Shown: piece after piece, positions 1-10,003 of the stretch
Numbering within the stretch: the first letter of the stretch is position 1
Layout of the letters: every line of letters begins with the position of its first letter
Source: Halogeometricum borinquense DSM 11551
Lineage (GTDB): Archaea > Halobacteriota > Halobacteria > Halobacteriales > Haloferacaceae
Length of the DNA stretch: 32,000 nucleotides
NCBI RefSeq assembly: GCF_000172995.2
Contig: NC_014729.1
Span: 1,290,001 to 1,322,000 of the forward strand
Direction: 5' to 3'
Notes under the pieces: generated by a model
What the model was told of the DNA's origin: nothing
The model's database searches: none
The model's input: the letters and a program-made list of their open reading frames with translations, nothing else
Program-made: the position numbers and the translations under genes

Positions 1-860
1 ACCTCGTCGAGTAACTCCATCTCCGCAACGTCGCGTCCGTTCGAGTCAGCGCCGCGAACGAGACAGTCGAGAAGAAACACGCGACGGAGCAAACTCGCAA
101 CCGCCGACTGGTAGCGAGGGTTCGGCTCGAACTCGTGTTCGAGAGTCGCCGTCCGCAAGGTCGGAGACACGTCCGCGCCGTCGGCGACCCGAATCTCCGC
201 ACCGAGGTAGTGAGCCAGCGAGGATGCCGGAACGAGATAGTCGAGACTCGGCGGGAGTTCGAAAACGACGGCTGAGTCGGGGTTCCGGGCGGCGACGCTA
301 TCGGGAATCGTCGTTACGGAGCCGAACTCGATACGCGGTGGCGAAGCGCGCATCTCTGGGCGCGACCGGTCGGGCGTGGCGGTGAGGTGACCAGCGGACA
401 TCACAGACAGCGCCGTAGCAACGCCCTCAGGTGTCTGTGAGACCGTGACTGTCTCCGGACGTTCCGAGCGGTCACCGACACCGACGGTAACGCGCCGGCA
501 GTCGGAAAACGAGAGCAGGGGGTCGCCGCCAGCGCCAGTCATCGTCGCCTCGCCGTCGAAACGGATGAAGATAGTGACCGCGCCCTCGACGCAGAGCAGA
601 TACGGAGCCGCCGGGAGTTGCACTGTTCCCTCCACGGGTGCGGCCAGCTTGCGCTCCGTTTCCGAGTCGAGTCGGCGGAGGCGAATCACCCCCGGGAGGA
701 GCTTCAGTCCAGTCGTTACACCGCCGACTGAATCGACCGCCGCACGTGGAAGTTCGTGAGACGGGTCGTCCGCCGACCACCCGTCGGCGGTGACGACCGC
801 GGTGGCTGTATCGGGTCCAACGGCTTGGACCCCTGTGTCTGTCACCGTCAGCGTAACCAT
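1..860 (-). CDS. Hypothetical protein, partial; the 3' end lies beyond the window start
   Basis: I checked the minus-strand frame triplet by triplet and it is open from 860 (ATG, MVTLTVTDTGVQAVGPD...) to position 3. It is absent from the ORF track only because its stop lies outside the window. Codons are GC3-rich and the composition is acidic. The track ORFs 445..759(+) and 472..780(-) are out-of-frame shadows of it. No family was recognised. Confidence 0.6.
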   Translation of the reverse strand, partial: MVTLTVTDTGVQAVGPDTATAVVTADGWSADDPSHELPRAAVDSVGGVTTGLKLLPGVIRLRRLDSETERKLAAPVEGTVQLPAAPYLLCVEGAVTIFIRFDGEATMTGAGGDPLLSFSDCRRVTVGVGDRSERPETVTVSQTPEGVATALSVMSAGHLTATPDRSRPEMRASPPRIEFGSVTTIPDSVAARNPDSAVVFELPPSLDYLVPASSLAHYLGAEIRVADGADVSPTLRTATLEHEFEPNPRYQSAVASLLRRVFLLDCLVRGADSNGRDVAEMELLDE

Positions 861-1057
861 CAGATACACCGGAAAACCGGGTTTGCCAGGCTTATGTCTG
901 TTGCCGACGGGCAGGCGAGGAAGTCCTAAAATATTGTGCTACCCGTGCTGAATGTTATACCCTATTCACTCAAATTTGGGCACGTACTTGAATAATATTA
1001 CCTGCATCGACTGCCAAAGTGAACACACTTATTGGTAAGACGCACGCCGTGTGAGAT

Positions 1058-2305
1058 ATGGACTACAGCCACGTCCGCGGCGTCGACCCTGAAATCGCCG
1101 ACGCACTCGAAGGCGAGGAGGACCGACAGCGGAACACGCTGGCCATGATCGCCAGCGAGAACCATGTGAGTGAGGCGGTCTTGCAGGCGCAAGGGAGCGC
1201 TCTCACCAACAAATACGCCGAAGGGTACCCCGGTTCGCGCTACTATGCGGGCTGTGAGTACGCCGACGAGGTTGAGGAGCTCGCCATCGAGCGTGCGAAA
1301 GAACTCTGGGGCGCAGAACACGTCAACGTCCAACCGCACTCGGGCACGCAGGCGAACATGGGTGTCTACCTTGCCGTCCTCGACCCGGGCGATAAGATTC
1401 TCTCCTTGGAACTCAGCCACGGCGGCCACCTGAGTCACGGCCACCCGGCGAACTTCACGGGGCAGACGTACGAGGTCGAACAGTACCACGTGGACCCCGA
1501 CACGGGGTACATCGACTACGACGCACTCGCCGAACAGGCCGAGGAATTCGATCCCGATATCATCGTTTCAGGGTACTCTGCGTACCCGCGCGTCGTCGAA
1601 TGGGAACGCATCCAAGACGTTGCCGAGAGCGTGGACGCCTACCACCTCGCGGACATCGCACACATCACCGGTCTCGTCGCGGCGGGTGTCCACCCCTCCC
1701 CCGTCGGCATCGCCGACTTCGTCACCGGTTCGACGCACAAGACCATCCGCGCGGGCCGCGGCGGCATCATCATGACGACCGAAGAACACGCCGACGACGT
1801 GGACAAAGCAATCTTCCCCGGTGCGCAGGGCGGGCCTCTTATGCACAACGTCGCCGGGAAGGCAGTCGGCTTCAAGGAAGCGCTCGAACCCGAGTTCGAA
1901 GAGTACGCCGAGCGAACCGTCGCTAACGCGAAGACGCTGGCCGAGACGTTCGAAGAAGCGGGAATCGAAGTCGTCTCCGGCGGTACCGACAACCACCTCG
2001 TCCTCGCGGACCTTCGACCCTCGCATCCGGACACGACCGGGAAGGATGTCGAGGCCGCCCTCGAAGAGGCGGGTATCGTCCTCAACGCTAATACCGTCCC
2101 CGGCGAGACGCGTTCGGCGTTCAACCCCAGCGGGATCCGCGCAGGCACGCCGGGACTGACTACCCGCGGCTTCGACGAGGCTGCCGTCCGAGAGGTCGGT
2201 GAACTCATCGTCCGTGTCGTAGACAACTACGACGACGAGGAGACAATCGAAAGCGTCGCAGAACGCGTGCAGGAACTCTGCGACGAACACCCGCTGTACG
2301 AGTAG
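1058..2305 (+). CDS. glyA: Serine hydroxymethyltransferase
   Basis: 415-aa ORF with SHMT hallmarks: IASENHVSEAVLQAQGSALTNKYAEGYPGSRYYAGCE, HLSHGH and the PLP-lysine region GSTHKTIRAGRGG. Confidence 0.97.
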   Translation: MDYSHVRGVDPEIADALEGEEDRQRNTLAMIASENHVSEAVLQAQGSALTNKYAEGYPGSRYYAGCEYADEVEELAIERAKELWGAEHVNVQPHSGTQANMGVYLAVLDPGDKILSLELSHGGHLSHGHPANFTGQTYEVEQYHVDPDTGYIDYDALAEQAEEFDPDIIVSGYSAYPRVVEWERIQDVAESVDAYHLADIAHITGLVAAGVHPSPVGIADFVTGSTHKTIRAGRGGIIMTTEEHADDVDKAIFPGAQGGPLMHNVAGKAVGFKEALEPEFEEYAERTVANAKTLAETFEEAGIEVVSGGTDNHLVLADLRPSHPDTTGKDVEAALEEAGIVLNANTVPGETRSAFNPSGIRAGTPGLTTRGFDEAAVREVGELIVRVVDNYDDEETIESVAERVQELCDEHPLYE

Positions 2306-2578
2306 ATAGTCACCACCCCGCGGTCTCCCGGCGACCGCATTCACATCCACGCCGGACTTTTGCTCGACAGAAACAACGAACGAGCCGACCGAAACGGCAA
2401 CCGAAACGTCGGATAGCGGTTCGAAGTGACGCTCGTCAGAGAGATGTAGCCATTCCTGTCGATGATATAACAACCACTCCCGTTTTGTATACACGAAAGT
2501 GAACAATACAAAGTATTTAACCGGGTAAGTATGCACGAATCCGCGTGATTGAAGTGTGATGGCCGCGGCGGTACAGGT

Positions 2579-3472
<894 letters not shown>

Positions 3473-3532
3473 TCGGTCGGACTTCCGAGAGCGAGAGTCC
3501 GCGCTCGCTGTTTTCTGCTGGTATCGCTGCCG

Positions 3533-3766
3533 TCACCGGTGCGTACAGACGACAAGACGGTCGTCTTCGTCGGTGACGCAGAACTTCGAGTTCCCGGCCA
3601 CGTCGAAAGAGTGCGTCTTCCGTTGGGTGAGAAGAATGCGGTCGAACGGATCACCGCAGGCCGGACACGGAACGTCGTCGCGGTTCTCGTACAGCGTCAC
3701 GTCCCCATCGTCCGTCAGGAGTTTCATCTTGTGTCGGACGGCGTGTTGGTCGAATCGCTCGGCCAT
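3533..3766 (-). CDS. Small zinc-finger protein of the CPxCG type (77 aa), function unknown
   Basis: Acidic 77-aa ORF with VPCPACGDPF and a distal FCV/VCTH pair. It lies 38 nt downstream of the next zinc-ribbon gene on the same strand. The overlapping + strand ORFs are basic and look spurious. Confidence 0.6.
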   Translation of the reverse strand: MAERFDQHAVRHKMKLLTDDGDVTLYENRDDVPCPACGDPFDRILLTQRKTHSFDVAGNSKFCVTDEDDRLVVCTHR

Positions 3767-3804
3767 CGCCGGTGAAGGGTGCGCCGCGAAGAAAGGTTCT
3801 CTGG

Positions 3805-4515
3805 TCAGGCGAGACGCGACAGTCGGTCCCGCGCCGTCGTGAGCGCCGATTCGTCACCATCGCGGGCGTACGCAGCGAGTTCGCGGGCGGTTCGTACGAG
3901 CGTCTCGGACTCTTCGACCGGCACGTCACCCTGTAGGGCCTCGACACGCTTTATGTGCTCTCCGAGCGTTGCGAGCGTCTTGCGCGCTTCCGGGTCCGGA
4001 TGGTCTTCGAGCCACGTCGAAAAGTCGCGGCGGTACGCGGCCAGTGATTCTGCGTAAGCCAGCCCGCGTGCTTCGGACAGGACGGACGGAACCGCCTCCG
4101 GTTTGGGACGTTCGCCCTGATCTGCGCCGCGAAGCAGTGACAGCACGTACAACTGCGTTTCCTCGTCGGGGTCGCGGAGTCGGCTCAGCACGTCGGCGGC
4201 GTGGAGGAGTTCGCGCACGGTGAGATACGTATCGTCGATATCGCGGAGGTCACCGCCGCGGATGAACCCACGCGCTCTGAGATAGGCTCGCAGGTCGCTT
4301 TGTAAGCCCGCGGTAACGTCGGTGAGCGACTCGTCGTCAAGTGCGTTGCGGTGGGGAGCGAGGTCCAACTCCTCGGCGCTGTCGGTGTGCTGCATCCGGT
4401 CACCGATGCCGACGCTCTGCATGCTCCCGCAGGCCGGGCATGCGACTTCTCCGGTGTCGTAGTAGGACCACTCGTGCCCGCACGACTTACACCGTCTTCG
4501 ACCCCGAATCTCCAT
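3805..4515 (-). CDS. Zinc-ribbon domain protein with a helical acidic C-terminal domain, function unknown
   Basis: Track ORF 3805..4704. I trimmed it to the ATG at 4515 (MEIRGRRRCKSCGHEWSYYDTGEVACPACGS, a CxxC...CxxC ribbon). The 63 upstream codons are hydrophobic or basic and atypical for the proteome. Confidence 0.7.
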   Translation of the reverse strand: MEIRGRRRCKSCGHEWSYYDTGEVACPACGSMQSVGIGDRMQHTDSAEELDLAPHRNALDDESLTDVTAGLQSDLRAYLRARGFIRGGDLRDIDDTYLTVRELLHAADVLSRLRDPDEETQLYVLSLLRGADQGERPKPEAVPSVLSEARGLAYAESLAAYRRDFSTWLEDHPDPEARKTLATLGEHIKRVEALQGDVPVEESETLVRTARELAAYARDGDESALTTARDRLSRLA

Positions 4516-4629
4516 GGTCGAACGTGTGCGGTCCCGGAACAAAAGCCCGACGCCACGGCGGCCGGTCACATTGAAGCCATCTGTGCGCCGGTCGTTACTT
4601 CCTTGCAACCGACGTGAGTACGATGCCCC

Positions 4630-4776
4630 ATGCGCACAGAAGAGGAGATACGTGAGCAGTACGAGTTCCTCGAAGAAGAACTGGCATCCGAGGAGATGCG
4701 CCACAGCGGCGTCAAAGAACTATTCACCCATTACAAGCGTGCGCTCGGGTGGGTTCTCGAAGAAGAACACATGTGA
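4630..4776 (+). CDS. Candidate small acidic protein (48 aa)
   Basis: It falls below the size cut-off of the ORF track and was read by hand: MRTEEEIREQYEFLEEELASEEMRHSGVKELFTHYKRALGWVLEEEHM. The composition is typical for a haloarchaeal cytoplasmic protein. It is divergent from the zinc-ribbon gene. There is no homology evidence. Confidence 0.35.
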   Translation: MRTEEEIREQYEFLEEELASEEMRHSGVKELFTHYKRALGWVLEEEHM

Positions 4777-4841
4777 CGTAATGCGATTACGCAATCGGCA
4801 ATCAGGACGTACGCCGGTATCTTTAAGTTTAACCGGCAAAT

Positions 4842-5240
4842 AGTTGCAGGTGACGCTTCGCTTTGGAGGGCCGAAGCGTCAGCGGGGACCAATTCAGGGC
4901 GGCAAGCATCCACGCGATTTTCGCGTGGCTTGCTTCCTTTTCCACGAACTCACACCGGTGAGCGACTGCTTCGTTCTGTCCCACATTCGACGCTCATACT
5001 CATCCCGTAGAAAACATTTCACCGCGAGAGACACTCATCTTCTACAGCTATTTCACACATCAAAGAGATGACGGCGGCGGGGTGTCCGATAGTTTGTCCC
5101 GTGGTGACTACGTGTCGATTAAATAACAGAAGTTTGACAGTGTTGCGGTAGCGAACACGACAAAAAGAGAAACCATACTTTTTATTACATTAATCATCAA
5201 ACGGAAGCTTCAGATTCCGCCTGCATACTCTCAGTTTGTA
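4842..5240 (+). mobile_element. Degenerate third copy (C) of the structured non-autonomous element family; the 3' boundary is uncertain
   Basis: The 5' end AGTTGCAGG aligns with AGGTTGAACAGG of copy B. Two hairpins follow: GACGCTTCG/CGAAGCGTC at 4851..4879 and CCACGCG/CGCGTGG at about 4910..4928. Next come CTTTTCC...GGTGAGCG, as in copy B, and CCCGTGGTGACTAC, which matches B's ACCGTGGGACTAC. No intact right-end hairpin is present. The region is AT-rich and has no credible ORF. Confidence 0.35.
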
Positions 5241-5299
5241 CGACCTAGCTCCGATATGTTTATTTCAATCAGACAATAAGGGGTGAATTGAATCTACCA

Positions 5300-5596
5300 A
5301 TGTACGACTTGACAGGATTTCAGCGAGACCTACTGTACGTTATTGCCGGGTTGGACGAACCTCACGGGCTTGCTATCAAAGAGGAACTCGAAGATTACTA
5401 CGAGAAGGAAATTCACCACGGGCGACTCTATCCGAATCTCGATACGCTTGTCGAAAAAGGACTCATCGAGAAGGGGCAACGTGACAGACGGACTAACTAT
5501 TACACGTTGACGCGTCGGGGGCGCAGAGAGATAAAGGCACGAAAGGAATGGGAGGGGGACTACATCGATATCGAGTACGGTGGCGTCCGAATCTAA
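5300..5596 (+). CDS. PadR-family transcriptional regulator
   Basis: Track ORF starts at a TTG at 5288, and I prefer the ATG at 5300 (MYDLTGFQRDLLYVIA). It has a PadR-like winged helix: HGLAIKEELEDYY...HHGRLYPNLDTLVEKGLIEKGQRDRRTNYYTLTRRGRREI. The gene is visibly less GC-rich than its neighbours. Confidence 0.85.
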   Translation: MYDLTGFQRDLLYVIAGLDEPHGLAIKEELEDYYEKEIHHGRLYPNLDTLVEKGLIEKGQRDRRTNYYTLTRRGRREIKARKEWEGDYIDIEYGGVRI

Positions 5597-5628
5597 CCAA
5601 CGACCTGTTTCTCTCACCCAGAACTATC

Positions 5629-6885
5629 TCAGGAAGCAGATGGCCCATCATCTGCTCGATTCGACGTCTCAGCCGACGCTTCCGATGTCACGTCCGACAC
5701 GGCGTCGTCGTCAGCCGCCGGCATCTCGTCTGCACCGGCTACATCGGACTGAACGGACCGATCGACGAGTTCAGAATCGTCCTCGACTGTCGCGGGATCA
5801 ACGGCGTACGGTTGAATCGGGGTTCCCGTCACCAGTTCTGGAAGGACGTACTTGGCGAAGTTAACCACGAGAACCAGAATCATCGGCGCGAAGAAGATGC
5901 CGTACCACCCGAACAGGAGGGGACCGAACGTGTACGCAATCATCACCGCGCCCACGTGGAGCGTCCGGCCGGATACGTACGGTCTGAGGACCAGATCCGG
6001 GATGGTGTCCACAATAACGAACGAGACGGCGATGAAGGCGATAACGAACCAAAACGCGCCGGGGTTCGAGAAGTACGAGACGCCGGCGAGGTAGATCGCA
6101 ACCGGAATGTAGACGAGTTTCATTCCGACGACGGGAATGAGACTGGCGACACCTGCGAGAAGTCCGACGAGTGCGGCGGCAGGAATATACACTCCGTCCG
6201 GGCCGACCATGTTCAGGACCGTGTAGGCGATGACACCGATGGTGCCCGTGAGGACGGCGTTGAGGATATTTCCGAAGAAGATGTTCTTGAAGTCGCGGTC
6301 TACGGCCGTACAGTAGGCTTCCATCACTCCTCTGTCGTCGGCAAAGTTCATCCGGACCCACCGCGCGAACCGGTGGTCGTCGCGCAGGAGGTAGAATGCG
6401 AGAGCGATCATGACGAACAGGTGGACACCACCGACACCGAGAAACGCGAGCGTATCTGCCGCAGAGCCAATCGAAGACAGGATCTGAGAGAGTTCAGACT
6501 CGGTGAGAGACGAGAGTTCAAGCGACAGTATCGTGTTCGGGTCCGTCAGACGGGCGAGTTGGTCAGACGTGATCGGATACCGCGACAAATCAAAGAATCC
6601 GTTGTTCGTGAGCCTCACCAGTTCGTTCACGACGATGGCGAGTGCATAGGCGATGAGAGCCAGCGCCGGGAGGGCGAGCGCAAACAACGCGACGGCAGCA
6701 GCCAAACTGGGCGGGCGAACCCGCCGTTTGATACGGCGGTAGATGGGCCGCGTAGAGTAATAGATGAAGATTCCGAAGACGAACGTGCCGACAAACGAGT
6801 AGAACACGTAGGCGAGGGCCGCTGCGAGGACGAGGCCAATGGCCCACCAGACCATACGCGAACGATCCATGTCGAGGAGGGGCAT
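5629..6885 (-). CDS. AI-2E (PerM/UPF0118) family transporter
   Basis: Polytopic membrane ORF of roughly 7 to 8 hydrophobic segments, with a YSTRPIYRRIKRR loop after the first TM segment and a long acidic C-terminal tail. The start is ambiguous between ATG 6912, 6885 and 6870. The antisense 452-aa ORF is an R-rich shadow. Confidence 0.8.
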   Translation of the reverse strand: MPLLDMDRSRMVWWAIGLVLAAALAYVFYSFVGTFVFGIFIYYSTRPIYRRIKRRVRPPSLAAAVALFALALPALALIAYALAIVVNELVRLTNNGFFDLSRYPITSDQLARLTDPNTILSLELSSLTESELSQILSSIGSAADTLAFLGVGGVHLFVMIALAFYLLRDDHRFARWVRMNFADDRGVMEAYCTAVDRDFKNIFFGNILNAVLTGTIGVIAYTVLNMVGPDGVYIPAAALVGLLAGVASLIPVVGMKLVYIPVAIYLAGVSYFSNPGAFWFVIAFIAVSFVIVDTIPDLVLRPYVSGRTLHVGAVMIAYTFGPLLFGWYGIFFAPMILVLVVNFAKYVLPELVTGTPIQPYAVDPATVEDDSELVDRSVQSDVAGADEMPAADDDAVSDVTSEASAETSNRADDGPSAS

Positions 6886-6988
6886 ACTGCAGAACGGAAC
6901 CCGTGACAGCAAAAGTCTGTCGTGAATCCAACTGATTTTGTCGAACTGCGCGGGGATTTAAAGTCATCTCCCGCCGAACGTGCGAGAG

Positions 6989-8296
6989 ATGCCGCTTCTC
7001 TCGCCACTCGTCCTACAGGGCGGAGACGTGCTGTCTGCACCTCTCTCGAACGATGTCGTGCGATTAGTTCTCGCGGCACTGTTAGGGATGTTTCTCGGAT
7101 TAGAGCGCGAGTGGTCCGAGAAATCCGCCGGGATTCGAACGTTCGCTCTCACGAGTCTCGTCGCTGCCGTGTTCACTCTCGTCGCATCCAAGTCGGAGCT
7201 TGGAGGTTCCCTTTTGGCCGTCGGCGCAGTTCTCGTCGTGGTGCAGGGTATCCTCCTCGCGGTTCACGGTCTCCGTCAACGGGACGGTACCGGGCTTTCG
7301 CTCACGACATCGGTGTCGCTCATGGCGGCCTACGGTGTGGGCACGCTCGTCGCTCTCGGATACGCGCTGCAGGGCGTGACCGTCGCCGTTGTTTCGTCGT
7401 TACTGCTCGTCTTGAAGCGCGAACTGCACGGTCTCGCTGGACGACTGGACCGTGAAGAAATCCGCTCGACCGCCGAGTTCGCTATCCTCGCGTTCGTCGC
7501 GTATCCGATCCTTCCGGCAGAATCATACACGCTGTACGGGATTACCATCGACGACCCGCGCGTGGCGTGGCTCATGGTTGTCACCGTCGCGGGCATCGGG
7601 ATCGTGAACTACGCCGTCGTGCAGCAGTACGGCGGCCGCGGTATCGCGGTGACTGGATTCTTCGGCGGTCTCGCCTCCTCTGCGGCCGTCGTCGGGACGA
7701 TGCTGGATCACGTCCGTCAGCAACCAGAGGCCTACCGCTACGGGGTTGCCGCCGTGCTCCTCGCCGACGCGGCGATGTCAGTCAGAAATCTCTTTATCGC
7801 CATTACGTTCACCGCGACGAGTCGTCCGTTACTCGGTGTCGTCCTCCCGCTCGGCTGCCTCATCGTCGGAAGCGTCGCCGCCGCGTGGTTCGCTGCCGAC
7901 TGGAGTCAGGAGGTCACGATTCCATTAGAAAGCCCCTTCTCGCTTCGGAACGCGTTCGGATTCGGGTTCGTCTTCCTCGTTATTCTCGTCGTGGGGACGA
8001 TGGCACAGGGCCAATTAGGGACACTCGGCCTCTACGCCAGCACGTTCATCTCGGGATTTGTCTCGTCTGCGGGCGCAACGACGACGGCGGTTCTGCTCTA
8101 TCGCGGTGGGACGATCAGTCCGACGGCTGCCACCGTTGCGATTCTCCTCGCAACCGCGGCGAGTGTCCTCGCAAAGGCCATACTCGCGGTGACCGGACCG
8201 AGCGAGTTCAGACGTGCCGTCTCGATTTGGTCCTTCGGACTCCTCGTCGCCGTTGGCGCTCTCACCGGGGGGTTCGTGGTACTCGGAATCGTGTGA
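6989..8296 (+). CDS. MgtC/SapB-family membrane protein with a DUF4010-like C-terminal half
   Basis: It has the N-terminal MgtC signature LLGMFLGLEREWSEKSAGIRTFALTSL followed by many TM segments. The start is either the GTG at 6980 or the ATG at 6989. Confidence 0.8.
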   Translation: MPLLSPLVLQGGDVLSAPLSNDVVRLVLAALLGMFLGLEREWSEKSAGIRTFALTSLVAAVFTLVASKSELGGSLLAVGAVLVVVQGILLAVHGLRQRDGTGLSLTTSVSLMAAYGVGTLVALGYALQGVTVAVVSSLLLVLKRELHGLAGRLDREEIRSTAEFAILAFVAYPILPAESYTLYGITIDDPRVAWLMVVTVAGIGIVNYAVVQQYGGRGIAVTGFFGGLASSAAVVGTMLDHVRQQPEAYRYGVAAVLLADAAMSVRNLFIAITFTATSRPLLGVVLPLGCLIVGSVAAAWFAADWSQEVTIPLESPFSLRNAFGFGFVFLVILVVGTMAQGQLGTLGLYASTFISGFVSSAGATTTAVLLYRGGTISPTAATVAILLATAASVLAKAILAVTGPSEFRRAVSIWSFGLLVAVGALTGGFVVLGIV

Positions 8297-8356
8297 ATAT
8301 AAACCGATGCACCCGGTAACGAACCGCTTAACAGGGGGGTGGTCGTACGGCGGTTT

Positions 8357-9706
8357 ATGGACCGAGATACGGCCACCCCGCAAGTCGATTCTCTCCCCGG
8401 AGACAACGCACGCGAGTGGGTAGAGTACCACCGCTCGAACGCTGCCCCGAGCACGTATGTCTACGATTTCGTCTGGGACATCAGCAGTGACGCCGAAGGC
8501 CCGTTCTGTACCGACGTGGACGGGAACGTCCTCTTGGACTTCACGAGCCACGTCGCGGCCGCGCCGCTCGGCTACAACAACCCGAAGATCATGGACCGCC
8601 TCCGCGAGTTCGACCTCGTGGACCCGCTGAAAATCGCCGGACAGGACTTCTACGTCTCAAACGGTGAGCGTCCCGGCGAGGAGGAGTTCCCCGGTCCAGC
8701 GGGCCTGATGGACCGCCTGACCGACATCACCTCGCAGTACGACATGGACACGGTGTTCCTCTCGAACTCCGGCGCTGAAGCCGTCGAGAACGCCATCAAA
8801 ATCTCTTACGACGAGTCCGACGGCGCAAAGTACGGATTCGCCTTCGAGGGAGCGTTCCACGGTCGAACGCTCGGCGCGCTCTCGCTTAACCGCTCGAAGT
8901 CCGTCTACCGCCGTAAGTTCCCCGAAATTTCGGGTATCGTTGACCTCCCTTACTGCGACAAGCGGACGTGTTCGGGGGGCTCCTGTTCCTGTGGGTTCTT
9001 CCCCGATGGATCGGACGTTTCCGCGCTCCGGAAGAAACTCGACCCCGACAAGGGGCACATCCACCCCGACGACGTGGCGTACATCATCCTCGAACCGATA
9101 CAGGGCGAAGGCGGTTACCGTATCCCCTCCGACGCGTTCATGGACGAACTCGCCGCCGTCACCGACGAGTACGATATCACGCTCATCTCCGACGAGATTC
9201 AGGCGGGCGTCGGCCGCACGGGCGAGATGTGGGGTTCGGACCACTTCTCCATCGAACCCGATGTCATCACCTCCGCGAAGGCGCTCCGCGTCGGTGCGAC
9301 CATCTCCCGCTCAGATGTGTTCCCCGAAGAGAAGTCGCGTCTCTCCTCGACGTGGGGTGCGGGCGACATCATCGCCTCCCTACAGGGTGCGCTCACACTC
9401 GACGCCATCCACGACTACGATCTGATGGACAACGCCGTCGAACGCGGCCAGCAGTTCAAACAATTCGTCCGCGATGCGGACCTCGGCCCTGTCACCGACG
9501 TGCGCGGGAAGGGTCTCATGCTCGGCGTCGAGTTCGACTCGAAGGAGCGACGGAACGACGTGCAGGAGGCGTGTCTGCAGAAGGGACTGCTCACGCTCGC
9601 TTGCGGCTACGACGTGATTCGTATCCTCCCGCCGCTTGACGTGACCGAACGAGAAATCGAAATCGGCGCGTCCCTGTTCTGCGACGCGGTCGAGGACGTC
9701 TCGTAA
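8357..9706 (+). CDS. Class-III (ornithine/GABA/lysine-type) PLP-dependent aminotransferase
   Basis: Motifs LSNSGAEAVENAIK, AFHGRTLGALS, ILEPIQGEGGY, DEIQAGVGRTGEMWG and TSAKAL (candidate PLP lysine). The start is ATG 8357 or 8339. Substrate specificity cannot be called from the sequence. Confidence 0.9.
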   Translation: MDRDTATPQVDSLPGDNAREWVEYHRSNAAPSTYVYDFVWDISSDAEGPFCTDVDGNVLLDFTSHVAAAPLGYNNPKIMDRLREFDLVDPLKIAGQDFYVSNGERPGEEEFPGPAGLMDRLTDITSQYDMDTVFLSNSGAEAVENAIKISYDESDGAKYGFAFEGAFHGRTLGALSLNRSKSVYRRKFPEISGIVDLPYCDKRTCSGGSCSCGFFPDGSDVSALRKKLDPDKGHIHPDDVAYIILEPIQGEGGYRIPSDAFMDELAAVTDEYDITLISDEIQAGVGRTGEMWGSDHFSIEPDVITSAKALRVGATISRSDVFPEEKSRLSSTWGAGDIIASLQGALTLDAIHDYDLMDNAVERGQQFKQFVRDADLGPVTDVRGKGLMLGVEFDSKERRNDVQEACLQKGLLTLACGYDVIRILPPLDVTEREIEIGASLFCDAVEDVS

Positions 9707-9773
9707 GCCGACTGCGACGCAGTTTTCACGCCTGAGCCAACCGTTCAACGGTTCCAATTACTGTGGTCGGTGG

Positions 9774-9857
9774 CTAAATGTAGAAGAACACCATCGGGCC
9801 GCCGAACGCCATCAGCAGGGCAATTATAGCGATGACTGCACCCACGATACGCATCAT
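9774..9857 (-). CDS. Candidate micro-membrane peptide (27 aa), apparently translationally coupled to the preceding small ORF
   Basis: Hand-read ORF: MMRIVGAVIAIIALLMAFGGPMVFFYI, a single hydrophobic helix. Its start shares the A of the upstream TGA. Confidence 0.3.
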   Translation of the reverse strand: MMRIVGAVIAIIALLMAFGGPMVFFYI

Positions 9858-10003
9858 CAGGAGTCGCGCCCCGCTCGGTTCGACTGTCGTAGTGCCGGCG
9901 GGACTGTGCATCTGCCATCACTCAGCCGTTTCGGAAACAGCGCCATTGCAGCGGCCATGAGTGCGATCAGGGCGGGAACGAGTCGGAAAATCGCGGGTGG
10001 CAT
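9857..10003 (-). CDS. Candidate small membrane protein (48 aa)
   Basis: Hand-read ORF: MPPAIFRLVPALIALMAAAMALFPKRLSDGRCTVPPALRQSNRAGRDS. It has one TM helix. A TATA-like AATATTTTT box (reverse complement of 10029..10037) lies about 26 nt upstream of the ATG, the spacing expected for a leaderless haloarchaeal transcript. Its stop overlaps the next ATG as TGATG. Confidence 0.3.
   Translation of the reverse strand: MPPAIFRLVPALIALMAAAMALFPKRLSDGRCTVPPALRQSNRAGRDS

Noticed and set aside
445-780. Track ORFs 445..759(+) and 472..780(-).
   Set aside because: Both are R/S/P-rich and out of frame with the continuous minus-strand ORF (1..860), which has normal composition.
4516-4704. N-terminal extension of the zinc-ribbon protein, and the overlapping 109-aa + strand ORF 4514..4843.
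   Set aside because: The extension is hydrophobic or basic and has no ribbon context. The + strand ORF is extremely basic. The internal ATG at 4515 gives the canonical CxxC start of the ribbon.
5548-6906. 452-aa + strand ORF opposite the AI-2E transporter.
   Set aside because: It has a highly charged R/D/E-rich shadow composition, whereas the minus-strand product has a coherent multi-TM transporter profile.
7125-7142. GGGATTCGAACG, which resembles the complement of a tRNA T-arm (GGTTCGAATCC).
   Set aside because: It lies inside the MgtC coding frame (SAGIRTF). No acceptor or anticodon stems can be built around it.
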